This document shows positions 1 through 9,084 of a DNA stretch of 64,000 nucleotides, one piece after another; position 1 is the first letter of the stretch, and each line of letters starts with the position of its first letter. Source of the DNA: an uncultured Alphaproteobacteria bacterium (GTDB taxonomy: Bacteria > Pseudomonadota > Alphaproteobacteria > Micavibrionales > CSBR16-224); NCBI GenBank assembly GCA_950054485.1, contig CATLPD010000001.1, positions 716,121-780,120 of the forward strand, written 5' to 3'. Position numbers and translations under genes: made by a program. Under the pieces are notes generated by a model that was given only the letters and a program-made list of their open reading frames with translations, made no database searches and had not been told where the DNA came from.

Positions 1-924
1 CACGGTAACAACCGTACGGCGGTTTGCTGCCTGTCTTCGATCAATCTTGAAAAGTTTGACGAGTGGGAAGATCATCCGACATTCGTTGAAGATATTATGC
101 GTTTCCTCGACAACGTTCTGACAGACTTTATCAAAAAAGCGCCTGACAGCATGATGAATGCGAAATATGCCGCGATGCGTGAACGTTCGGTCGGTTTGGG
201 CGCGATGGGTTTCCATTCCTTCCTGCAATCGAAAATGATCCCGTTTGAGAGCGTAATGGCAAAGGTCTGGAACAAACGTATGTTTGAACATATTTCAAGC
301 CGCGCCGACGCCGCATCGAAGTTGTTGGCGAAAGAACGCGGCGCCTGCCCGGATGCGAAAGAATACGGCATGGACGAGCGTTTCTCGAACACCATGGCGA
401 TTGCACCGACAGCGTCAATCTCGATCATTTGCGGTGGTACATCGCCGGGTATCGAGCCTGTTGCGGCAAATGCCTATACACACAAAACATTGTCAGGGTC
501 TTTCGGCGTGCGTAACCCGCACCTTGAAAAACTATTGGAAGATAAGGGCATGAATACGGATGAAGTCTGGAGTGATATCTTCACAACAGAGGGGTCTGTT
601 CAGCATCTTGATTTCCTAAGTCAGGAAGAAAAAGATGTCTTTAAAACCGCGTTCGAGCTGGATCAACGCTGGGTGATTGAGCATGCGGCTGACCGCACGC
701 CATTCATATCACAGGCCCAGTCTGTTAACGTTTTCCTGCCGGCTGATGTGCATAAAAAAGATCTGCATGCGGTCCATTGGAAGGCATGGAAGCGCGGCGT
801 GAAGTCGCTGTATTACTGCCGCTCGAAATCGATCCAGCGCGCAGAAAGTAAAAACACAGCCCGTAATGCTGCTGCGGCCGTACAGGAACCGCCAAAGTAT
901 GAAGAATGCTTGGCTTGCCAGTAA
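1..924 (+). CDS. nrdA: Ribonucleoside-diphosphate reductase alpha subunit (class Ia), 5'-truncated by window edge
   Basis: Frame is open from base 1 (RTAVCCLSSINL); motifs GLGAMG, AIAPTASISII, SPGIEP, KSLYYCRS and C-terminal CLAC; followed by nrdB. Confidence 0.97.
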   Translation, partial: HGNNRTAVCCLSSINLEKFDEWEDHPTFVEDIMRFLDNVLTDFIKKAPDSMMNAKYAAMRERSVGLGAMGFHSFLQSKMIPFESVMAKVWNKRMFEHISSRADAASKLLAKERGACPDAKEYGMDERFSNTMAIAPTASISIICGGTSPGIEPVAANAYTHKTLSGSFGVRNPHLEKLLEDKGMNTDEVWSDIFTTEGSVQHLDFLSQEEKDVFKTAFELDQRWVIEHAADRTPFISQAQSVNVFLPADVHKKDLHAVHWKAWKRGVKSLYYCRSKSIQRAESKNTARNAAAAVQEPPKYEECLACQ

Positions 925-996
925 GGCTTATGATTTAAAGGGAGAGAATGTCCTCAAGTAGCGAAGCGGTAGGACAAAACGACGAAGGAGTAAAAT

Positions 997-1980
997 ATGT
1001 CGGGATTATTAGAAGAACGCCACACATACAAACCATTCAGATACCCATGGGCCTATGATGCATGGCTGACACAACAGCGTGTTCACTGGTTGCCCGAAGA
1101 AGTACCGCTGGCTGAAGATGTGCGTGACTGGAAGAAAAAACTGACACCTGCCGAACGCAACCTTGTGACACAAATTTTCCGTTTCTTTACACAGGCGGAT
1201 GTCGAGGTTAACAACTGCTATATGAAGCATTATATGCAGGTCTTTAAGCCGACCGAAATTCAGATGATGCTGTCCGCATTCTCGAACATCGAAACGGTTC
1301 ACATTGCGGCCTATTCGCATTTGCTGGATACGATTGGTATGCCGGAAACAGAGTACGAAGCCTTCCTGAAATATCAGGAAATGAAAGACAAATACGATTA
1401 TATGCAGGGTTTTAATGTTGATTCCAAAGAAGACGTTGCTAAAACTCTTGCCGTATTCGGCGCCTTTACCGAAGGTCTGCAGCTGTTTGCATCATTTGCG
1501 ATTTTGATGAACTTCCCGCGCTTTAACAAGATGAAGGGCATGGGGCAGATCGTGACATGGTCGGTGCGTGATGAAACATTGCACACATTGTCAGCCATTC
1601 GCCTGTTCAATACTTTCATTGACGAAAACCGTGAAATCTGGACGGATAAACTGAAAAATGAAATCTACGAAGCGGCTGATACCATCATCACCCACGAAGA
1701 TGCCTTTATCGATCTGGCCTTTGAAATGGGCGGGATTGAGGGTCTGGAAGGATCAGAAGTTAAGCAATATATCCGTTATATCGGCGATCGCCGTTTACAG
1801 CAACTGGGTCTGGAAGCCAGATACGGCGTTGATAAAAACCCGTTGCCATGGATGGATGAAATGTTAAACGGTGTTGAACATGCCAACTTCTTTGAAAACC
1901 GCTCGACCGAATATTCACGTGCGGCAACACAAGGAAGCTGGGAAGATGCCTTTACCGAGGATGTTTTCAACGCCGCTTAA
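997..1980 (+). CDS. nrdB: Ribonucleoside-diphosphate reductase beta subunit
   Basis: HWLPEEV, ETVHIAAYS, EGLQLFASF, RDETLH and NFFENR diiron motifs; SD AAGGAG upstream. Confidence 0.97.
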   Translation: MSGLLEERHTYKPFRYPWAYDAWLTQQRVHWLPEEVPLAEDVRDWKKKLTPAERNLVTQIFRFFTQADVEVNNCYMKHYMQVFKPTEIQMMLSAFSNIETVHIAAYSHLLDTIGMPETEYEAFLKYQEMKDKYDYMQGFNVDSKEDVAKTLAVFGAFTEGLQLFASFAILMNFPRFNKMKGMGQIVTWSVRDETLHTLSAIRLFNTFIDENREIWTDKLKNEIYEAADTIITHEDAFIDLAFEMGGIEGLEGSEVKQYIRYIGDRRLQQLGLEARYGVDKNPLPWMDEMLNGVEHANFFENRSTEYSRAATQGSWEDAFTEDVFNAA

Positions 1981-2000
1981 TGCTGTTAGATAATTATTTT

Positions 2001-2030
2001 AAAAACGCTCCTATAGGGGGCGTTTTTTTT
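2001..2030. terminator. Bidirectional intrinsic terminator
   Basis: AAAAACGCTCC-TATA-GGGGGCGTTTTTTTT between convergent genes. Confidence 0.8.
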
Positions 2031-2661
2031 ATTTCCGATAAATCGCGGCAACGGCGCAGGCAACGAAAAACACGGCGCCTGTGGTTTCGAATGTTTCTTC
2101 CATCAGGCGGAAAAATCCGGCATTGGCGAAAACGAAGTCTTTCATGGCAGGGATCAAACGTGCCAGAGAATCAAGCATTTTGGCACCTGCCAACGATCCA
2201 ATCCCCAGAACAGACAGCAATAATGGCGTGTTGGAAAAACGAATACGTTTTCTGTCTTTATACAGCCGCACCAACAGATAAATCAGCGATGCCAGAAGCA
2301 ATATAACAACAATCAATCCGCCGATCTTTTCACCCATGGGCGCATCACTTCGGGAATAAAACGTCAGTTTCAGGATACTGTCTTCGGTGAATTCCTTGTG
2401 CCAATCCAATTCACGCATCGCGGCCATGGCCATAAGGAATATATAGACCAGCCAGATTTTTGTGCGTTTACGAAACCAAACCAGAACGCCCCCGACCGCT
2501 GCTGCTGCAAAAATCCAGCCGTGAAGCTGTTCCAGCGGGCCGGTATCTTCGGCACTGAAGGCCATGCGGGCGGCTTCGTCCATGTAAAAATAGCCGAACG
2601 CCAGAAACCCGATCGTCAGTGTCGATAATACAGTTAGAAAAATAATCAGCTTTTTACTCAT
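2029..2661 (-). CDS. Hypothetical integral membrane protein
   Basis: 210-aa ORF with about 6 hydrophobic segments; RELDWHK and MEETFE motifs. Confidence 0.75.
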   Translation of the reverse strand: MSKKLIIFLTVLSTLTIGFLAFGYFYMDEAARMAFSAEDTGPLEQLHGWIFAAAAVGGVLVWFRKRTKIWLVYIFLMAMAAMRELDWHKEFTEDSILKLTFYSRSDAPMGEKIGGLIVVILLLASLIYLLVRLYKDRKRIRFSNTPLLLSVLGIGSLAGAKMLDSLARLIPAMKDFVFANAGFFRLMEETFETTGAVFFVACAVAAIYRK

Positions 2662-2736
2662 CGAAACAGCCTACACCATATTCAATGGATTTTTAACTAT
2701 TTATCTCTATAATTAATCGGGAATGGGGGACTTAAT

Positions 2737-3261
2737 ATGAATGCAACTGCTTTTGATTTGAATTCCGCCGCTGTCGGCCGCGCCAGCGGCGATGACGCAG
2801 GAACTGTATTGGGCGCTCTGTTGGAGACGCCGGGTATCGGTTTGGTGCATGAATATTCGATGGCACAGACACCCGCACCCGCAGCCCCATCTGCACCCGG
2901 TATGGGTGGTAATACAAAATCACGCAGTGCCGCCAAAGGGCAAAAGGCTGAAGCTGTAAAAGCAGCTGATGAAAGTCCCGTGGTACCTGAATACGAAGTT
3001 TTCAGAAATGATAATAACGCCGTTGCTTTCTTTATGAACCGCCAGCCTTCTGTTGATACGGCGGGGGACGAGGGGCCATATTTCTTTAGCATTCATGAAG
3101 GCAAAAACATCGTCGCCGGATCGGAAAACGGTCAGGTTTTCTTTGCCGATGTAGCTGAAGATGTTGTCGAGGCTGCGATCACGCGCGGTGTATTGCTGAT
3201 GGTTGAATTCGAAGATCAAAAGCCTATTCGCTGCACGCCTTGTTATTACATGGCCGAATAG
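2737..3261 (+). CDS. Hypothetical protein
   Basis: 174-aa ORF with GGGGGA SD; Ala/Pro-rich N-half and globular C-half. Confidence 0.7.
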   Translation: MNATAFDLNSAAVGRASGDDAGTVLGALLETPGIGLVHEYSMAQTPAPAAPSAPGMGGNTKSRSAAKGQKAEAVKAADESPVVPEYEVFRNDNNAVAFFMNRQPSVDTAGDEGPYFFSIHEGKNIVAGSENGQVFFADVAEDVVEAAITRGVLLMVEFEDQKPIRCTPCYYMAE

Positions 3262-3461
3262 AACGGTTTCTTTCGCTCTATTTTCTACTGTAAATTCCAT
3301 TAATCTGCGCTTCCGTTGCTCATGTAGCTTAACTACATTGCGCTACGGTTCTCGATTAATAAAATTTTCGTGACGATAATAATGCGAAATAATTCCGTTT
3401 GGATTTTTCCGAAAAAACACATCATCTAGTAGGTTAATTTCAAAAAACCACAAAATATAGC

Positions 3462-3490
3462 GTGACAGGTGATTCGCTTTACGGTAGAAT
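3462..3490 (+). promoter_or_regulatory. Putative sigma70 promoter for phoH leader
   Basis: GTGACA-17 nt-TAGAAT. Confidence 0.55.
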
Positions 3491-3496
3491 CTATGT

Positions 3497-3700
3497 ATAA
3501 GCTGATCCGCTCGGGACGTTCTTATCCTGACACAGTTTATGTCTCTAAACGCCAAAACTACAAGGAGGTCCATCCTTGACATTATCGCATATAGAGTTCT
3601 TTCCGCGTGCCATAGGCGCCATGATGAGAAAACGCATTCAGGACGGAAATGCAACAAACATTGTCCGCTCAGTATCAGCCTCCCCTTGGGAGGTTTTTTT
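3497..3700 (+). ncRNA. Candidate sRNA / attenuating 5' leader upstream of phoH
   Basis: Promoter, several hairpins and intrinsic terminator AGCCTCCC-CTT-GGGAGGTT-T(n) at 3677-3700, all before the phoH start. Confidence 0.45.
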
Positions 3701-3768
3701 GTGCGCAGAACATACACGGTGCCTATCGATCCACTACCATTCAACCACCAGAAAAGGAAACCATATCC

Positions 3769-4509
3769 ATGGCTAAAAAATCCAAAGTTGCAAATTACAA
3801 ACAAAAAGCACCAAAGGCCGAGCGCGTTCACAACATGTTCGAAAACGGCTGGGATCCACTTGGCGACAAGATTCAGCGTGATCAACGCTATATGAAGACC
3901 GTCAAGCCACGTAGTGAGGGGCAGGCGAAATTCATGAAAGCCATGAAAGAACATAATATGGTTCTGTCATTGGGCCCTGCGGGTACGGGTAAAACGTACC
4001 TCGCGATCAGTGCTGCGGTCGAAGCCTTTGAAAAGGGTGAAGTCGACCGCATTATCCTGTCACGCCCCGCGGTCGAGGCCGGTGAGAATATCGGATATCT
4101 GCCGGGTGATCTGCAGGATAAAATGGCACCTTACCTGCGCCCATTATATGATGCCTTGAATGATCGTTTGGGCATGAAAAAGTTGAAACAATTGATCGAC
4201 AGCGGTGAAATTGAAATCGCACCTGTCGGCTATATGCGCGGACGGACATTGAATAATGCCTTCGTTGTGATTGACGAGGCGCAGAACTGTACCTATTCAC
4301 AATTGAAAATGATCATGAGCCGCCTGGGCTGGCATTCAACCATGGTTATTACAGGCGATCCGGATCAAAGCGATTTGCTGCAGGGTCTATCGGGCCTGGG
4401 CGATATGGCGCGTAAATTAAAACCTGTCAGCGGTATCGCAGTCGAGGAATTAGCCGAGGTTGATATCGTCCGCCATCCATTGGTCGCAGCGTTGCTGGAA
4501 GTTGTTTAA
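3769..4509 (+). CDS. phoH: PhoH-family ATPase
   Basis: GPAGTGKT Walker A, RPAVEAGE, YMRGRT, DEAQN, VRHPLV; start moved to ATG 3769 after SD AAGGA. Confidence 0.92.
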   Translation: MAKKSKVANYKQKAPKAERVHNMFENGWDPLGDKIQRDQRYMKTVKPRSEGQAKFMKAMKEHNMVLSLGPAGTGKTYLAISAAVEAFEKGEVDRIILSRPAVEAGENIGYLPGDLQDKMAPYLRPLYDALNDRLGMKKLKQLIDSGEIEIAPVGYMRGRTLNNAFVVIDEAQNCTYSQLKMIMSRLGWHSTMVITGDPDQSDLLQGLSGLGDMARKLKPVSGIAVEELAEVDIVRHPLVAALLEVV

Positions 4510-4545
4510 CAAAAAAGAATAAAAGAAGCGAAGTTTGTTCGGGGG

Positions 4546-4576
4546 AAAAAGCCGGGTGTTACAGCCCGGCTTTTTT
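4546..4576. terminator. Bidirectional intrinsic terminator
   Basis: AAAAAGCCGGG-TGTTACAG-CCCGGCTTTTTT. Confidence 0.85.
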
Positions 4577-5249
4577 ATTTTGAAAACGGTCTGAAAATTG
4601 TTTCGGTCTGTTTTTTGTCAAAACCACCTGTTTGTTCAAAAATATTTAATCCATCAAACATTTTGCCGTACTTATCTGTTAACTCAGGTATCAATTCCTG
4701 CATGTCTTTGATTTCTTGCGAAATAGTTTCTTTATTTAATCCCTCAATCGGGGTTCCGGTACATATAAGTGCTTTTTTATCATAGTGCTCAAGACGCTTG
4801 CCCGCGATTTTATTAAATCCCTTCCGAAATGCGTCCGATTTAGCTTGATCAGATAAATGGGGTTTCATAATTGCTATAAGCAAGTTTCTGTCAAGCTCCC
4901 TAGCAATAATGCTTTGAATGCCGTGCGCGACAGCTTCGAATAAACGGACATGTACTATGAAAGCGGCTAGGTTTTCTTTAGAAAAAGACAGTAAACCTAT
5001 ATGATCTTGCCATGCGTGAAAAAGCTCGTGCCCTAAGATTGAGGCCATGGGCTTCTCATGAATATTTAAACCTAATTCTACTTTATATTTACCAGGGTAA
5101 TAACTTGCGCCTGCTCCAGTTTTCCAGAGGTCTTTATTTACCTGAATGCTAATACCGTGCCCTTCAGCAAAATCAAGCAGACCCTGCCCTGTCGGGGACT
5201 TTCCTAAACATTTTTTAATGGCGGGGATATAATCTATATAATCTTTCAT
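4575..5249 (-). CDS. Putative zincin metallopeptidase-like protein (DUF6782-like)
   Basis: SPTGxxLL N-terminus, HELFHAWQ HExxH motif, downstream E in RLFEAVAH. Confidence 0.65.
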   Translation of the reverse strand: MKDYIDYIPAIKKCLGKSPTGQGLLDFAEGHGISIQVNKDLWKTGAGASYYPGKYKVELGLNIHEKPMASILGHELFHAWQDHIGLLSFSKENLAAFIVHVRLFEAVAHGIQSIIARELDRNLLIAIMKPHLSDQAKSDAFRKGFNKIAGKRLEHYDKKALICTGTPIEGLNKETISQEIKDMQELIPELTDKYGKMFDGLNIFEQTGGFDKKQTETIFRPFSK

Positions 5250-5268
5250 GGTTAAGGCCCAGCTTTTT

Positions 5269-5826
5269 TTATAAAGGAAATGGACGATATCGGCATAATT
5301 TTTTTACATCTTCTTTTTCCAGCCCACCCATGTCGTTAATGAAATTACGCCCGTCAGGAAGTTTTCCGTACAAGTTAAAAAGATTTTGCAAGTGTTCGGG
5401 CTTTAGATCAAATTCGGATCGTGATGGCTCATAATTGTGTTGGAGGGTGAGAAGACCGCAGTCAACTTGCTCTTCTGGGCGCGTGTCAAAAAGATTATCA
5501 TATAAAGCAAAACCGCGCAGAGAAAACATTCTTCTGAGTCCTTTTAGGGCGGCATCTTTTTCTGATAAGGCCGTCAAATTCGGGGAAAGACTATCTAGTT
5601 CATTTCTTACAATCATATCGACTGCGTGAGCAGAGACTTCAATCACACGCGCATTTCTGAAATAGCCAGCTTTTGCACCTAGGGGTGATTTATAATCGCA
5701 ATATTCAATAGATACACCGTTCTTGCGGGCCTCTTCCAAAAGGAGTTTGCCTGTGGGGCTTTGTTCGAGCAAGGCCATGGCATCATCAAAATCATTAAAC
5801 GGGCTTTTCATGTTAATATTATACAT
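5269..5826 (-). CDS. Paralog of neighbouring metallopeptidase-like protein lacking the HExxH segment
   Basis: Aligns by eye with 4575-5249 (SPTG..LL, E.xAH...I...ELD, YGK..DG.N...GG, RPF) but lacks about 45 central residues. Confidence 0.6.
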   Translation of the reverse strand: MYNINMKSPFNDFDDAMALLEQSPTGKLLLEEARKNGVSIEYCDYKSPLGAKAGYFRNARVIEVSAHAVDMIVRNELDSLSPNLTALSEKDAALKGLRRMFSLRGFALYDNLFDTRPEEQVDCGLLTLQHNYEPSRSEFDLKPEHLQNLFNLYGKLPDGRNFINDMGGLEKEDVKKLCRYRPFPL

Positions 5827-5907
5827 AATACAGAAACTCTGTCAATCTTTATCCTTCGAAAAAGGTACCTAGTTTGTTAGTATCCTGTAACAGGGGGGAG
5901 CACATAG

Positions 5908-6660
5908 ATGACAGAATACTTTACATCAAAACAGGGGCGCCGTTTGGCGTACAATAAAACCGAAGGTTCAGCCGATTTGCCGGGTGTTATATTCCTGAGC
6001 GGGTTTATGTCGGATATGACGGGCAGTAAAGCGACCGCTTTCGAGGAAATCTGCAAAGCCCGCGGGCAATCATACCTACGGTTTGACTACAGCGGACACG
6101 GGGAATCTGACGGAGAGTTTGTCGACGGGTCAATCGGTCAATGGGCCGAGGACGCAATGGCGGCATTTGATGAATTAACAAAAGGCCCGCAGGTTCTGGT
6201 CGGGTCATCCATGGGGGGCTGGATTTCTTTGTTGGTTGCCCTGCAACGCAAAGACCGCGTAAAAGCCATCGTAGGGATTGCGGCCGCGCCCGATTTTGTA
6301 ACAGAGGTTTTTGAAAGTGGTTTCAGTGACGAACAAAAGCGCGAGCTGGCCGAAAATGGTCTGACCTATGTACCATCCGGCTATGAACATCCTTATCCGA
6401 TTTCGCGCGGACTGGTCGAAGACGGTGCACATCAGAAACTGTTGCACACCGATATCGATTTAACCTGTCCGGTCAGATTGGTTCAAGGGACCGAGGATGA
6501 AGCCGTTGCCTTTGATAAGCCTGCCCGCATCAAAGCCGCGCTGTTATCAGACGATGTTGAAATTACAATGATCAAAGGCGGAAACCACAGCCTGTCGCGG
6601 CCCGAAGATATCGAGGTTATTGATCAGAAGATCAGGGAGATGTCCGGCCTTGCGGCATAG
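5908..6660 (+). CDS. Alpha/beta hydrolase
   Basis: GFMSDM, RFDYSGHGES, GSSMGG nucleophile elbow, GGNHSLS. Confidence 0.92.
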   Translation: MTEYFTSKQGRRLAYNKTEGSADLPGVIFLSGFMSDMTGSKATAFEEICKARGQSYLRFDYSGHGESDGEFVDGSIGQWAEDAMAAFDELTKGPQVLVGSSMGGWISLLVALQRKDRVKAIVGIAAAPDFVTEVFESGFSDEQKRELAENGLTYVPSGYEHPYPISRGLVEDGAHQKLLHTDIDLTCPVRLVQGTEDEAVAFDKPARIKAALLSDDVEITMIKGGNHSLSRPEDIEVIDQKIREMSGLAA

Positions 6661-7753
6661 CGCTGCGGCCATTTTTCTGGCTTTTTACTGACCACGTGTC
6701 AAGGTTTTCAGGATGCCCGCCGGCCTCTTGCAGTTTTTGAATGGCTGTGTCCATTGCAAGGGTTCCGACCACTTCCAGCATGTCCCAACTGAGGATGTGG
6801 TTATAGGCACCATCTGGCATTTCCTGAACGCGCATAACCTTGCCCGCTGCAAAATCAAAATGATCGCGCAGGCGCGTCCCGTTCTCTTCAACCGGGTGGT
6901 TGCGATAGATGGCTGTATCACCGTGGGCTTGCCATTCCGCGGTCTCATCAGATGATTTTGAGGGCTGTATTTTGCCAATATTCTTTTCAATATATTGATC
7001 AGCTATAGGGATCGGATAGGCGCGCCCACCGTTTTGTTCGTGTTCATATTTGGCAAGGCACAAGATATAAAAAATTTCATCGGATTGCTTAAGAACGTCT
7101 TTGTATAGCTCTTCATTTTTGCTATAGGGCGTAAATTTCAGGGCAAGGGTCAAAAGCTCAGGATCTGGGTTTGTCATTGCATAACGAGCTATAATTTCTT
7201 CGTTATGTCCTGTTTTCTCGATAATTTCTTTTATCGTGTCCCGCTGTCCTTCCTCGTCTTTTTCCAGATAGGGTAGGATCTTTAAAGGGGTATATTCGGA
7301 TAACGATTTCAAAAGTGACCATTGTTTATTCTTCGCGCATTCCTGTAGGGCCTGATAGGACCATGCGGACATCCCGCCGCAAAATAAAATTTTCAAATAG
7401 ATATCATATTCGGATTTATCATGGTGTTTTGTAACCGCGTAACTCGGATCCCATCTGGTAATCAGGCCATAGTCGAATTGGCAGTCAGAAAAATATTTAT
7501 CCTCGCGCGATTCCATAAGTTTTGCTAGGCGCCAGATTTGGCCTTTCTTAATTGTATGATAGCAGGATTTGAATTTGGTCTTGCTGGATTTTTTTTGTTG
7601 TTTATCCCACCATTTCAAATCTTTATCCGTAGGGACGGGAATACCGGGAATATCCCAAACGGGATGTCTCTTCTTTTCTTTGGTGGGGGTTAAATTGTCC
7701 GAGCCACCGTCTATGATTGCTTCCCAAATCACATTCATCTCCAAAACTTTCAA
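6632..7753 (-). CDS. Hypothetical protein
   Basis: 373-aa ORF with no recognised catalytic motif; compact C-terminal domain ending A..KL..AGG.P. Confidence 0.7.
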   Translation of the reverse strand: MKVLEMNVIWEAIIDGGSDNLTPTKEKKRHPVWDIPGIPVPTDKDLKWWDKQQKKSSKTKFKSCYHTIKKGQIWRLAKLMESREDKYFSDCQFDYGLITRWDPSYAVTKHHDKSEYDIYLKILFCGGMSAWSYQALQECAKNKQWSLLKSLSEYTPLKILPYLEKDEEGQRDTIKEIIEKTGHNEEIIARYAMTNPDPELLTLALKFTPYSKNEELYKDVLKQSDEIFYILCLAKYEHEQNGGRAYPIPIADQYIEKNIGKIQPSKSSDETAEWQAHGDTAIYRNHPVEENGTRLRDHFDFAAGKVMRVQEMPDGAYNHILSWDMLEVVGTLAMDTAIQKLQEAGGHPENLDTWSVKSQKNGRSAMPQGRTSP

Positions 7754-7812
7754 TTAACATAACATGTGAATAAGGGTGGAGTCAAGTTTTAGTCGTAAGC
7801 CGTGGTATAAAA

Positions 7813-9081
7813 TCAGCGTTTCGGAGGCTTGGGGGCGGGCTTTTGTTTTTCGCCTTTTATAAAAGCTGTAATGCGCGGTGCGATGTTTTTTTGGAAACGC
7901 GCGCCGACAGCAATACCGTAATGCCCATATTCGGGATGCGTGAATTTGACGCGCTTATTTGCCGGAATGTTCGGGCATAAATCTTGTGCGGCATGGGTTT
8001 CACCGGGCGGCGCGATTTGATCATCAGCGCCCTCGATTGTCATCAGCGATGTTGTTTTCAAGGCGCCAAGATCAATTTTCTGGCCGCGGAATGTCAGTGT
8101 ACCGTTGGCAAGGCTGTGGTCTTTATAGACATGGCGCAGGGTATCAATGAAAAACGCCTCATCCAGGTCCATTGCAGCCAGATAATCTTTGTAAAAACTT
8201 TTGAATTCGGCAGAAGAGCCCAGATCTTTTTTAACAAGCGCCCCGTATAACTGTGCCAATCTGTCATGATGCTGGTCGCGCCCGTGGTTCATCAGCGCAA
8301 TCAATTGTGTAAAGCCGGGATAGACGCGCCGCCCCTGTCCCTTGTACCACATGGGTACGGAATCGGTTATTTGCGTTTTCAGCCAATCATTGGAAACCTT
8401 GCGGGCAAAATCATGCAAGGATGTCTTGGAATGACGCGTATCGATCGGCCCGCCGATCAGGGTCATTGATTTCGGCTGTGCTTTGTGACTGGTCTGTGCC
8501 ATGTAGGCGGAAACGGCAAGCAAGGGAACGGTCGATTGTGATATCCCCATGACGTGGGTATCTGGGCCCATTTTTTCCATCGCCTCGAACAGGCATTCCA
8601 TATAGCGTTCGAAATCAAAAACCCCTTCAGATAAAGGTACATCGCGCGGGTTTTTCCATTCCAGCATATGAACGTCGTGATCGGGCAGCAGGCCTTCGAC
8701 GGTTGACCGCAGCAGGCTGGCATAATGTCCTGACATCGGGGCCACGATCATCAGTTTCGGTTTGTGGCCGCCTGAATCTGTTTCAAAGCGCGTCAATTTG
8801 TAAAACGGCTGATCCAAAAGGCTGTTTTCTGTCGTATCAGGAATATTAAAAGGTGGCGGCGTATTGTAGCGGCGCGTATTGCTGCGGAACATCTGGCTGG
8901 CGGCATCCATCTGCGCGGATAGTAACTTGGCCCCATGGGCGTAATCTTTTGATAGAGAAATCTGTGACTGTGCTTTGAAAAATTCCGATCCCAGTTTCAG
9001 GTTAAAGGCGCTCATGGCCCCGAAGGCCTCGAAATTCTTGCGCGCAATATCTGTCAGGGCGTATCGGTTCCAGTACCACAT
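7813..9081 (-). CDS. phaZ: Intracellular polyhydroxyalkanoate depolymerase
   Basis: VAPMSGHYASLLR, GGPIDTR, GRRVYPGF, TIEG..D.I..GET.AA..LC, GHYG motifs. Confidence 0.88.
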   Translation of the reverse strand: MWYWNRYALTDIARKNFEAFGAMSAFNLKLGSEFFKAQSQISLSKDYAHGAKLLSAQMDAASQMFRSNTRRYNTPPPFNIPDTTENSLLDQPFYKLTRFETDSGGHKPKLMIVAPMSGHYASLLRSTVEGLLPDHDVHMLEWKNPRDVPLSEGVFDFERYMECLFEAMEKMGPDTHVMGISQSTVPLLAVSAYMAQTSHKAQPKSMTLIGGPIDTRHSKTSLHDFARKVSNDWLKTQITDSVPMWYKGQGRRVYPGFTQLIALMNHGRDQHHDRLAQLYGALVKKDLGSSAEFKSFYKDYLAAMDLDEAFFIDTLRHVYKDHSLANGTLTFRGQKIDLGALKTTSLMTIEGADDQIAPPGETHAAQDLCPNIPANKRVKFTHPEYGHYGIAVGARFQKNIAPRITAFIKGEKQKPAPKPPKR

Positions 9082-9084
9082 ATG

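Noticed and set aside
3343-3954. 203-aa minus-strand ORF over the phoH leader, and other long shadow ORFs (e.g. 20554-21261, 48870-49451, 50654-51145)
   Set aside because: Antisense to well-supported genes, with no motifs or convincing SD
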